Shown one piece after another: positions 46,001-54,023 of a stretch of 64,000 nt of DNA. The DNA lies in the NCBI GenBank assembly GCA_017405845.1, contig JAFQZQ010000017.1, positions 6,855 to 70,854 of the forward strand, given 5' to 3'. This DNA is from Mogibacterium sp. Lineage in GTDB: Bacteria; Bacillota; Clostridia; Peptostreptococcales; Anaerovoracaceae. Made by a program: the position numbers and the translations under genes. Positions within the stretch are counted from its first letter, which is position 1; each line of letters starts with the position of its first letter. The notes under the pieces were generated by a model. That model searched no databases. It had not been told where the DNA came from and saw only the letters and a program-made list of their open reading frames with translations.

Positions 46001-46590
46001 AAGGCTTTTAGTCCAAAGGTCCTGATCTCAGAAGCAATGAGTATGGTTATGAGCTGACGGCCGCTCTTGATCGGCATGGATTCGATGCTGAACACCTCTC
46101 CCTCGATCACAGGCTTTTCCTTGCTTCCCACATATCCGTCGAGCTCACCGTATGGGACAGGTTCGCCCGTGATGTCATCTCCGAGCAGCACAAGCTCGCC
46201 CTTACTATTGGTGAAAGCAGGCTTGTCCCTTTTGCTCTGTCTGTACTGTCTGCCATTACCGCCGCTGTATCCGCCGTTTCCGCCTGAAGGTACAGCTGTA
46301 TTCTCTTCAAACGAAGACCTTTTAGAGACCATTACTCCGGTATATGTGTAGTTGAATCTGACTCTCTCAGCCGAGGCTATTCTTGCCGATATTCTTTCCT
46401 TCATGAGGTTCTCGGTCTTTTTAGGCATCACAAAATTGAGCTTGGCGTCGATATTCAGCGCCACGCTCGTGCCTCCGTTCACCCGCGACACAGCTACGTT
46501 TGTAATCTCTATGTCTATGTCGCGGATATCCCTGCCGCTTGCCTCCTTCAGCTCATCGGCAGTAAGAATGTCCTCTGAAATCTTGATCAT
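43075..46590 (-). CDS. polC: DNA polymerase III alpha subunit, PolC-type, lacking the internal 3'-5' exonuclease domain
   Basis: 1171 aa. OB domain, PHP motifs ([17 protein letters not shown]), PolC zinc module CPECK...CPECG, [19 protein letters not shown] and a C-terminal HhH region. No DEDD/DnaQ motifs anywhere in the protein. Confidence 0.9.
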   Translation of the reverse strand: [1171 protein letters not shown]

Positions 46591-46637
46591 GTTTAATCAC
46601 TAAAGAGAGTGGATAAGATCAGCGACGGGCACACTCT

Positions 46638-47699
46638 CTAATCATTTAATACTAAATCTATTAATCGATCTATTAATGCTTCCTCTGGTACTTTTTCCAA
46701 TATTTGGCCATGGCTGAATACCAGGCCTTCGCCTTTGCCGCCTGCGATACCGTAGTCTGCCTCCCTGCTCTCGCCCGGACCGTTTACAGCGCAGCCCATT
46801 ACTGCGATCTTAAGCGGTCTGAGACCGGCTTCAGCACGCTTATGGGCTATCGGCATCAGCCTCTCCTCAGCTTCGTTTGCAAGGCTGATAAGGTCTATTT
46901 CAGTTCTGCCGCATGTCGGGCACGAAACCACATCGATGGACTTTTCTCTCATACCCACCGTTTCGAGTATGCGTCTTGCAAACAGGACTTCCTTAACAGG
47001 GTCATCTGTGAGGGAGACTCGCATGGTGTCTCCTATGCCCGCAAGAAGAAGTGAACCGATCCCGATGGCTGACTTGAGCTCGCCGTTTCGGGGAGTTCCC
47101 GATTCCGTTATACCTATGTGTATAGGGGCATCCGTGAGTTCTCTAAGCTTCAGGTGAGCATCGTAGTTCATCTTTACGTTCGAGGATTTGATGGAAACTA
47201 CCAGCTTATCGTATCCGAGATCTTCGATATATCTGAGCATTCCTGCTCCGCTCTCAGCCAGTGCATCAGCAGTGACCCCACCGTACTTCTCAACAAGGTC
47301 CTTCTGAAGCGAGCCTGAATTAACTCCTACACGGATCGGGATGTCGTGCTCGCGCGCCTTGTCGACGACTGCCTTTACCCTGTCTACGCTTCCGATATTT
47401 CCGGGATTTATCCTGATTTTGTCAGCTCCGGCTTCAATCGCTGCAATAGCAAGTCTGTAGTCGAAATGTATGTCCGCAACCAGCGGCACACTTACGAGTT
47501 TCTTTGCCCTGCCGAATGACTCAGCAGCTTCCATATCCGGTATTGCGCATCTTACGATCTGGCAGCCGGCTTCTGCGAGTTCATTGATCTGTCTGACAAG
47601 TAAGTCAGTGTCTCTTGTGTCGACGTTGGTCATCGACTGTATCGATACCGGCGCTCCGCCTCCAATGGCTACATCGCCGCAATATACCATTCTTGACAT
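46638..47699 (-). CDS. ispG: 4-hydroxy-3-methylbut-2-enyl diphosphate synthase IspG/GcpE
   Basis: 353 aa. Motif PVSIQSMTN and FeS cysteines in VSCPTCGRT...MGCAVNGPGE. Confidence 0.93.
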   Translation of the reverse strand: MSRMVYCGDVAIGGGAPVSIQSMTNVDTRDTDLLVRQINELAEAGCQIVRCAIPDMEAAESFGRAKKLVSVPLVADIHFDYRLAIAAIEAGADKIRINPGNIGSVDRVKAVVDKAREHDIPIRVGVNSGSLQKDLVEKYGGVTADALAESGAGMLRYIEDLGYDKLVVSIKSSNVKMNYDAHLKLRELTDAPIHIGITESGTPRNGELKSAIGIGSLLLAGIGDTMRVSLTDDPVKEVLFARRILETVGMREKSIDVVSCPTCGRTEIDLISLANEAEERLMPIAHKRAEAGLRPLKIAVMGCAVNGPGESREADYGIAGGKGEGLVFSHGQILEKVPEEALIDRLIDLVLND

Positions 47700-47709
47700 T
47701 ATGTCTCCT

Positions 47710-48717
47710 TTAACCGAAAAGATTCATTACATCGTTTACCGTGATGAGCGCAAAGAGTGTCAGCAGCACCGCCATTCCTATGATGGTCGCCTTGTACTCC
47801 ATGTCATCGTTGATCCTTCCGCCCGAAATGATCTTGAGCAATATGAAGAACACCTTACCGCCGTCAAGTCCCGGTATAGGAATAAGATTGAATATAGCCA
47901 GGTTGAGACTTACGATGGCAAGAAGCATCAGATATGATGACAATCCGTAATCCGAAGCCGTACCGACTATCTTTACCAGCCCGACCGGACCCGATATGTC
48001 GTTTCTGCCCACTCTTCCGGTGAACAGCATCTTAAATCCCTGAATAATGTTTTTGTTAAGCTCCCAGGTGGTGGATGGTGCAAGCTTTACGCATGTCCAG
48101 AAGTCCTTCGTGACTCCTGCTACGATACCTACCATGTAGCTTCCTGTCTCCTCGCTGAGTTCAGGAGTTACCTGCACGGTATTGCTCTGCCCGTCACGCT
48201 CATATGTGATATCGATGGTGCCTTCTCCGTCGTAAGTGTTGATGCACTCGACTACCTTTTCCCAGGAATTGGTATTCATTCCGTCGATGGCAACGATAGT
48301 GTCACCGCCCCTTATACCGGCAACCTCAGCCGGAGAACCGGCCTGTACCGAGTCGAGAGTGTTGCATACAACTCCGGACATGCAGATAGCTATCGTTACG
48401 GCAACAAGTGCGATGATCACATTCATCGTAACGCCGGCAAGAAGTATTGCTATCTTCTGGGCGTTTGACTTGCTGGAGTATGAGTCAGGGCTGTTGATGG
48501 TCTCCTCCTCGCCCTCCATGGCGCAGTATCCGCCAAGAGGCAGAAGCCTGAGGGAGTACTGTGTATCGCCCTTTTGCTTCTTGAAGATCAGTGGGCCCAT
48601 GCCGACTGAAAATTCTTTTATTTTTACGCCGCACCATCTTGCGACAGTCATATGTCCCCACTCGTGTGGAATAACCAGCACGAGCAGCATCAGCAAAAAT
48701 AGGATCGCTGTTTTCAC
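47710..48717 (-). CDS. rseP: RIP zinc metalloprotease RseP/RasP (M50 with PDZ domain)
   Basis: 335 aa. Motif HEWGHMTVA, PDZ domain (GSPAEVAGIRGGDTIVAIDG) and NLIPIPGLDGG. Confidence 0.9.
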   Translation of the reverse strand: MKTAILFLLMLLVLVIPHEWGHMTVARWCGVKIKEFSVGMGPLIFKKQKGDTQYSLRLLPLGGYCAMEGEEETINSPDSYSSKSNAQKIAILLAGVTMNVIIALVAVTIAICMSGVVCNTLDSVQAGSPAEVAGIRGGDTIVAIDGMNTNSWEKVVECINTYDGEGTIDITYERDGQSNTVQVTPELSEETGSYMVGIVAGVTKDFWTCVKLAPSTTWELNKNIIQGFKMLFTGRVGRNDISGPVGLVKIVGTASDYGLSSYLMLLAIVSLNLAIFNLIPIPGLDGGKVFFILLKIISGGRINDDMEYKATIIGMAVLLTLFALITVNDVMNLFG

Positions 48718-48732
48718 TATCTCTTATCTCCT

Positions 48733-49575
48733 CTATATGTTAAGAATACCCGTAAGCGCACAGATCACGTAGTATACCACAGGCGCTACGAATATTACGC
48801 TGTCGAACCTGTCCATTATACCGCCGTGACCCGGGATGAGTGTTCCGTAGTCCTTGATGCCCATCTTGCGCTTAAACATGGATGCAGTCAGATCTCCGGC
48901 CATGCCTGCAGCTCCTCCGAAAAGTCCGAGCACGAGACACACAAGCGCCATCTCTTTCATGAAGACGAAGCCGAAAAGTCCGGAAAGAAGCGAGCTGCCG
49001 ATAAGTCCTCCGACCGCTCCTTCGATTGTCTTTTTAGGGCTGAGGTTCGGTGCCATCTTGTGCTTTCCGAGGAAATACCCCGTAAAGTAAGCGCAGATGT
49101 CCGATCCGAAAGCCGCTATGACAACGATCCAGATGAAGAGGCTGTATTCTGTCATATCTATCAGCACCATGTGATAGGTGAAGAACGGAATGTATACGAT
49201 AGCGGTCACAGTAGCAATTGCATCGTAAGCTCCGCGTTCGTTTATCTTCCAGCCATAAATAAGGCCTGCGGCCACGGCTGCGAAAAGCCATATCGATATC
49301 AGCATCATGTTGTTTATAAACTGAGGCATGGAGCTGATAGATGCCGCTTTTTCGGAAAAGCCTCCCGTTATGAATGTGGTTGCAAAGAGCAGAGCCGTCA
49401 TCACATAACAGATAGGTTTTGACGGATGCACATCAAGGCTCTCCCAGCCGTTGCAGAATTCGTGTATTCCCATGACTGCAATGATGAGAGCGGCAGCCCA
49501 CAGCCACCAACCTCCGAGATAAAGCACTATAAGAAGCGGTGCCATTACAAATCCGGATATTATTCTGGTCTTCAT
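48733..49575 (-). CDS. cdsA: phosphatidate cytidylyltransferase
   Basis: 280 aa polytopic protein. C-terminal signature SMFKRKMGIKDYGTLIPGHGGIMDRFDS. Confidence 0.92.
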   Translation of the reverse strand: MKTRIISGFVMAPLLIVLYLGGWWLWAAALIIAVMGIHEFCNGWESLDVHPSKPICYVMTALLFATTFITGGFSEKAASISSMPQFINNMMLISIWLFAAVAAGLIYGWKINERGAYDAIATVTAIVYIPFFTYHMVLIDMTEYSLFIWIVVIAAFGSDICAYFTGYFLGKHKMAPNLSPKKTIEGAVGGLIGSSLLSGLFGFVFMKEMALVCLVLGLFGGAAGMAGDLTASMFKRKMGIKDYGTLIPGHGGIMDRFDSVIFVAPVVYYVICALTGILNI

Positions 49576-50312
49576 TTGCTTGCCTCCTTGCGTCCACCGA
49601 ATCTTCTGTCACGATTAGCATAAGCATCAACCATCTCAGCGTATTCTTCAGGTGTAAAGTCCGGCCACAGAGTGTCCGTAAACATCAGCTCACTGTATGC
49701 TGCCTGCCAGGTGAGGAAGTTCGACATGCGCTCCTCGCCGCTCGTCCTGATGATGAGATCGGGATCAGGCACGTCAAAGTGAGCGCTGCCCGAATAGAGA
49801 TGCGCCGATATGTCATCTTCGGTGAGTTCTGCAGGGTATTTTCCCTGACTTATGCATTCAGCAGTAAGCTCTTTTACGCTCCTGAGGATCTCATCTCTTC
49901 CGCCGTAATTCAGCGCAATGTTGAAGGTAAGTCCATCGTTGTCAGCCAGCCTGCCGACCATCTTATTGATTGCATCTACCGAAGCCTTTGGCAGCATGTC
50001 ATATTCGCCGAAAATATTGATGTGAACGTTGTTCTCATCGAGTTCCTCAAGCTCTGAATTGACATACTTAACAATAAGATTGAAAATGCCACTTACCTCT
50101 TCAGTGCTGCGTTTCCAGTTCTCTGTCGAGAAAGCATAGACTGTCAGGTACTTTATCCCCAGATTTGACGATGCGATGACTATCTTTTTCATCGCCTGCA
50201 TCCCGGCATTGTGTCCCATGACACGCGGAACACCATGAGCCTTCGCCCATCTGCCGTTGCCGTCCATTATTATTCCGATATGCGTAGGTATAGGTCTCTT
50301 TTCCATTTTCAT
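49572..50312 (-). CDS. uppS: undecaprenyl-diphosphate synthase (cis-prenyltransferase)
   Basis: 246 aa. Motifs HIGIIMDGNGRWA, LTVYAFSTENWKR and RTSGEERMSNFLTWQ. Confidence 0.93.
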   Translation of the reverse strand: MKMEKRPIPTHIGIIMDGNGRWAKAHGVPRVMGHNAGMQAMKKIVIASSNLGIKYLTVYAFSTENWKRSTEEVSGIFNLIVKYVNSELEELDENNVHINIFGEYDMLPKASVDAINKMVGRLADNDGLTFNIALNYGGRDEILRSVKELTAECISQGKYPAELTEDDISAHLYSGSAHFDVPDPDLIIRTSGEERMSNFLTWQAAYSELMFTDTLWPDFTPEEYAEMVDAYANRDRRFGGRKEASK

Positions 50313-50320
50313 TTCATAAA

Positions 50321-50343
50321 AGAAGCGCTTTTAAAGCGCTTCT
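50321..50343. terminator. terminator hairpin between frr and uppS
   Basis: AGAAGCGCU-uuuaa-AGCGCUUCU perfect stem flanked by A- and T-runs (bidirectional geometry). Followed on the minus strand by UUUAUGAA. Confidence 0.6.
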
Positions 50344-50351
50344 ATTTTTAA

Positions 50352-50900
50352 CTAGACCTCCATGAGTTCCTTCTCTTTGTCGGCGATGATGGCATCGATG
50401 TCCTTGATCGCCTTCTCAATGGTCTTCTGAGTATCCTCGAGTTCCTTCTTGAGATCGTCTTCTGTGAGTTCTCCGGCTTTCTCAGCCTTCTTGAGCTCAT
50501 CGTTGGTATCACGTCTGAGGTTCCTGACTGCGACCTTTGCTTCTTCTCCGTAGTTCTTGACTACCTTTGTGAGCTCTTTACGTCTCTCCTCTGTGAGCTG
50601 CGGGATCGCAAGTCTTATCACCTTGCCGTCATTTGTCGGGTTGATACCGATGTTGGCCTCAAGGATAGCTCTTTCGATATCTCCTACCGACTTAGGGTCG
50701 AACGGCGAGATCATCAGTGTCCTCGGATCAGGCACCGAGATGTTTGCAAGTGCCTTGAGAGGTGTAGGTGTTCCGTAGTAGTTCACCTGGATCCTGTCGA
50801 GGAGTGCCGGATTGGCTCTGCCCGCTCTTACGGTGTTAAGGTTGTCTTTAAGAAAGCTCTTAGCGCCTTCAATTCTCTCTTCGAGTGTTTTCTTTGCCAT
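50352..50900 (-). CDS. frr: ribosome recycling factor
   Basis: Start set to ATG 50900 (MAKKTLEERIEGAK...) with an AGGAGG RBS. 182 aa typical of RRF. Confidence 0.93.
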   Translation of the reverse strand: MAKKTLEERIEGAKSFLKDNLNTVRAGRANPALLDRIQVNYYGTPTPLKALANISVPDPRTLMISPFDPKSVGDIERAILEANIGINPTNDGKVIRLAIPQLTEERRKELTKVVKNYGEEAKVAVRNLRRDTNDELKKAEKAGELTEDDLKKELEDTQKTIEKAIKDIDAIIADKEKELMEV

Positions 50901-50910
50901 GATATGCCTC

Positions 50911-51615
50911 CTACTGTATGAGTGTTCCGACATTTTCGCCGTTGATAACCTTCATAAGATTGCCCTCTTCCTTAAGAGCAAATACATATATCTTGGTCTG
51001 GGTATCTTTGCAGAGTGTTGCTGCTGTAAGATCCATAACCTTAAGATCTTTTTCAATGATGTCCATATATGACAGCTCTGAGTAGCGCTCAGCTTCCGGA
51101 TTTGTCTTTGGATCTGCCGAATATACAGCGTCGATGTTTTTAGCCAGGAGCAGAACGTCAGCTCCGATCTCGGCAGCTCTCAGCGCAGCCGTTGTGTCTG
51201 TAGTGAAGAACGGGCTTCCCGTGCCTCCTCCGAACACGACCACCTTTCCTTCTTCGAGGTAGTCAAGGGCTTTGCGTCTTGCATATCCTTCAGCCATATC
51301 TCTGATCTCGATCGCTGTCATCAGTTTTGCCGGGCATCCTGCTGCCAGAAGTGCATCCTGAACAGCAAGTCCGTTCATTACTGTTGCGAGCATCCCCATG
51401 TAATCTGCAGTAGGCTTGTCGATATTGCCTCCTGTACGTCCGCGGAAGAAATTGCCTCCGCCGACTACGATCGCCACCTCGACACCCGCGTCGCGGATCT
51501 CTTTGATCTGAGCAGCTACCTTTCCGAGCTCGGTGTCGTTGACTCCGAAACGGTCATCTCCGGCGAGCGCTTCACCGCTCACCTTTATAAGGACTCTTTT
51601 GTATTTAATTGCCAT
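50911..51615 (-). CDS. pyrH: UMP kinase
   Basis: Start set to ATG 51615 (MAIKYKRVLIKVSGEAL) with a GGAGGAA RBS. 234 aa. Motifs KVSGEAL and VVGGGNFFRG. Confidence 0.93.
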   Translation of the reverse strand: MAIKYKRVLIKVSGEALAGDDRFGVNDTELGKVAAQIKEIRDAGVEVAIVVGGGNFFRGRTGGNIDKPTADYMGMLATVMNGLAVQDALLAAGCPAKLMTAIEIRDMAEGYARRKALDYLEEGKVVVFGGGTGSPFFTTDTTAALRAAEIGADVLLLAKNIDAVYSADPKTNPEAERYSELSYMDIIEKDLKVMDLTAATLCKDTQTKIYVFALKEEGNLMKVINGENVGTLIQ

Positions 51616-51665
51616 GTTTAAGTTCCTCCAAACGAAATAATTATACCATGTTTGGTGACTTAACA

Positions 51666-53702
51666 CTATGCATCTTTCTTCTCGATCTTGCGGATCTCCT
51701 TTGTACGGATCTCCTCACAGATCGCGCTGACGAATTCTCCGAGAGGCTTAACGCCCTCATCTCCGAGATATCTGGAACGTACGGAAACTTTGCCTTCTTC
51801 GGCTTCCTTAGCTCCGAGCACCAGCATATAAGGGACTTTCTCCATCTGAGCCTTACGGATCTTGTATCCGATACGCTCGCTGCTGTTATCTACAGTTACG
51901 TCTACGCCGTTTTTGCGGAGCTCCTTGCGGACTTCTTCAGCATAGTCTGCGATCTTGTCGGAGATAGGCAGTATCCTTACCTGCTCAGGGCAAAGCCATG
52001 TAGGCAGGTTGCCGGCATAATGCTCGATGAGCCATGCAAGCGTACGCTCGTAGCAGCCGATCGATGTACGGTGGATGATGTACGGGCGCTTTTTCTGGCC
52101 GTCCTTGTCGATATAGTACATGTCGTAACGCTCAGAGAGGAACATATCCAGCTGGATCGTGATCATCGTATCCTCCTTGCCGTATACGTTCTTCGCCTGA
52201 ATGTCGAGCTTAGGTCCATAGAAAGCAGCTTCGCCGTCAGCCTCAACATAGTCGAGTCCGATTTCATCAAGGATATTTCTCATTACGTCCTGTACGTGAT
52301 CCCACTCTTCAGCTGTTCCGAGATAATGATCTGCATCTGCAGGATCCCACTTGGACATTCTGTATGTTACATCGTTCTCGAGACCGAGAGTTGTGAGGCA
52401 GTATCTCGCCAGATCTACGCAGCCCTTGAACTCGTCCTTGATCTGCTCCGGTGTGCAGACAAGATGTCCCTCTGAGATAGTGAACTGACGTACTCTTGTA
52501 AGTCCGTGCATCTCGCCGGCCTGCTCGTTTCTGAACAGTGTGGATGTCTCTCCCATTCTGTATGGAAGATCACGGTAGCTCTTCTGACGCGCTTTATATA
52601 CGTAATACTGGAACGGGCATGTCATCGGGCGCAGTGCCATTACGTCTGCATCAGCATCGTTCTCGATGAGGTTGAGGTCCTCTACTCCGTGGATCTCGTG
52701 TGAGCGGTCCTCACCTGCCATGATTTCGTCCATGCTGTCGTATCCGAGCAGGAACATTCCGTCCTTGTAGTGATACCAGTGGTCAGAAATCTTGTAGAGT
52801 GTTGACTTGGCCATAAGAGGAGTTCTTGTCCTTACATATCCCCAGTCATACTCTTCCAGGTCTTCGATCCATCTCTGCATCTTCTGGATGATCTTCGTTC
52901 CCTTAGGCATGAAGAGCGGGAGTCCCTGGCCGATGACATCGACTGTTGTGAAGATATCCATCTCACGGCCGAGACGGTTGTGATCGCGGTTCTTGATATC
53001 TGCAAGATAAGCCAGATACTCTTCGAGCTCATCCTTCTTTGTATATGCTGTTCCGTAAATACGTGTGAGCATCTTGTTGTGCTCATCGCCTCTCCAGTAA
53101 GCTCCGGAGCTCGATGTGAGCGCGAACGCCTTGATCGGCTTTGTGCTCATGATGTGAGGTCCTGCGCAGAGCTCAACAAAATCGCCCTGCTGATAGAACG
53201 AGATCTCCTCGTCTTCAGGAAGATCCTCGATAAGCTGAACCTTATACGGCTCATCCTTATCCTTGTACATCTGTATAGCTTCTTCTCTCGGAAGTGTGAA
53301 GTATGTCAGTCTCTCACCCTTCTTGATGATCTTTTTCATCTCGGCTTCGATCTTGTCGAGATCCTCTCTTGTCAGAGGCGGCATGTCAAAGTCATAGTAG
53401 AATCCGTTATCGATCGAAGGTCCGATTGCCAGCTTTGCATCCGGATAAAGATTCTTTACAGCTTCTGCAAGCACGTGTGAACATGTGTGCCTGTATGCGC
53501 GCTTACCTGCATCGGAATCGAATGTAAGGATGTTGAGTTCGCAGTCCTTATCGATCATTGTTCTGAGATCAACTGTCTTGCCATCGACCTCTGCGATGCA
53601 TGCGACTCTCGCGAGTCCTTCACTGATATCTCTGGCGATGTCATATGCGGACATCGGCTGATCGTATTCCTTCTTGCTTCCGTCTTTCAGTGTTACTATC
53701 AA
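51666..53702 (-). CDS. thrS: threonyl-tRNA synthetase
   Basis: 678 aa. TGS domain (MIVTLKDGSKKEYD), editing-domain HxxxH (HTCSHVLAEAV), class II core (SYRDLPYRMGE; RVRQFTISEGH) and a C-terminal anticodon-binding domain. Preceded by a Thr T-box. Confidence 0.93.
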   Translation of the reverse strand: MIVTLKDGSKKEYDQPMSAYDIARDISEGLARVACIAEVDGKTVDLRTMIDKDCELNILTFDSDAGKRAYRHTCSHVLAEAVKNLYPDAKLAIGPSIDNGFYYDFDMPPLTREDLDKIEAEMKKIIKKGERLTYFTLPREEAIQMYKDKDEPYKVQLIEDLPEDEEISFYQQGDFVELCAGPHIMSTKPIKAFALTSSSGAYWRGDEHNKMLTRIYGTAYTKKDELEEYLAYLADIKNRDHNRLGREMDIFTTVDVIGQGLPLFMPKGTKIIQKMQRWIEDLEEYDWGYVRTRTPLMAKSTLYKISDHWYHYKDGMFLLGYDSMDEIMAGEDRSHEIHGVEDLNLIENDADADVMALRPMTCPFQYYVYKARQKSYRDLPYRMGETSTLFRNEQAGEMHGLTRVRQFTISEGHLVCTPEQIKDEFKGCVDLARYCLTTLGLENDVTYRMSKWDPADADHYLGTAEEWDHVQDVMRNILDEIGLDYVEADGEAAFYGPKLDIQAKNVYGKEDTMITIQLDMFLSERYDMYYIDKDGQKKRPYIIHRTSIGCYERTLAWLIEHYAGNLPTWLCPEQVRILPISDKIADYAEEVRKELRKNGVDVTVDNSSERIGYKIRKAQMEKVPYMLVLGAKEAEEGKVSVRSRYLGDEGVKPLGEFVSAICEEIRTKEIRKIEKKDA

Positions 53703-53988
53703 TTTGTTTTCCTCCTTCTATTCTCCGGAAGGGCAAAAAATAAAGTCCCCTCCGACATGTTGTCAGAAGGGACGCATACTCTGTTTCACATGAGTATCCG
53801 TGGTTCCACCCATCTTCCGGCAAGTCCTCTTACCGGCACTCATTCAGACTTTTAACGCGGTCTAAGCGGGCAGTATTGGTGCCACTCGGAGGTGGTTTTC
53901 AGAACACCGGGACTTAGGATGATTCCAGCTGCCATCCCTCTCTGGCAAGCCCCATTGGTGAACTTACTGTCCTCGTCATCGTTTTCAC
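53703..53988 (-). promoter_or_regulatory. T-box riboswitch leader (Thr, ACC specifier) controlling thrS
   Basis: Minus strand: AGAGAG GA-motif and GCUGGAA in Stem I. GAAA-ACC-A specifier context (ACC at 53896-53894). T-box sequence GAUGGGUGGAACCACGG (53816-53798). 12-bp terminator GUCCCUUCUGAC-aacau-GUCGGAGGGGAC + UUUAUUUUUU (53773-53731). Then AGGAGG and the ATG. Confidence 0.85.
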
Positions 53989-53994
53989 TCGCCT

Positions 53995-54023
53995 ATAATA
54001 CAATTTTTAAGGCCTTATTTCAA
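53995..54023 (-). promoter_or_regulatory. candidate sigma-A promoter of the thrS T-box leader
   Basis: Minus strand TTGAAA (54023-54018, inside the last codons of thiI), 17 nt, TATTAT (54000-53995). Confidence 0.5.

Noticed and set aside
46604-46639. The inverted repeat AGAGAGTG...CACTCTCT between ispG and polC, as a possible terminator.
   Set aside because: The 8-bp stem has a 20-nt loop, overlaps the ispG stop codon, and has no U-tract. It is more likely fortuitous, or at most a weak processing or stability element.
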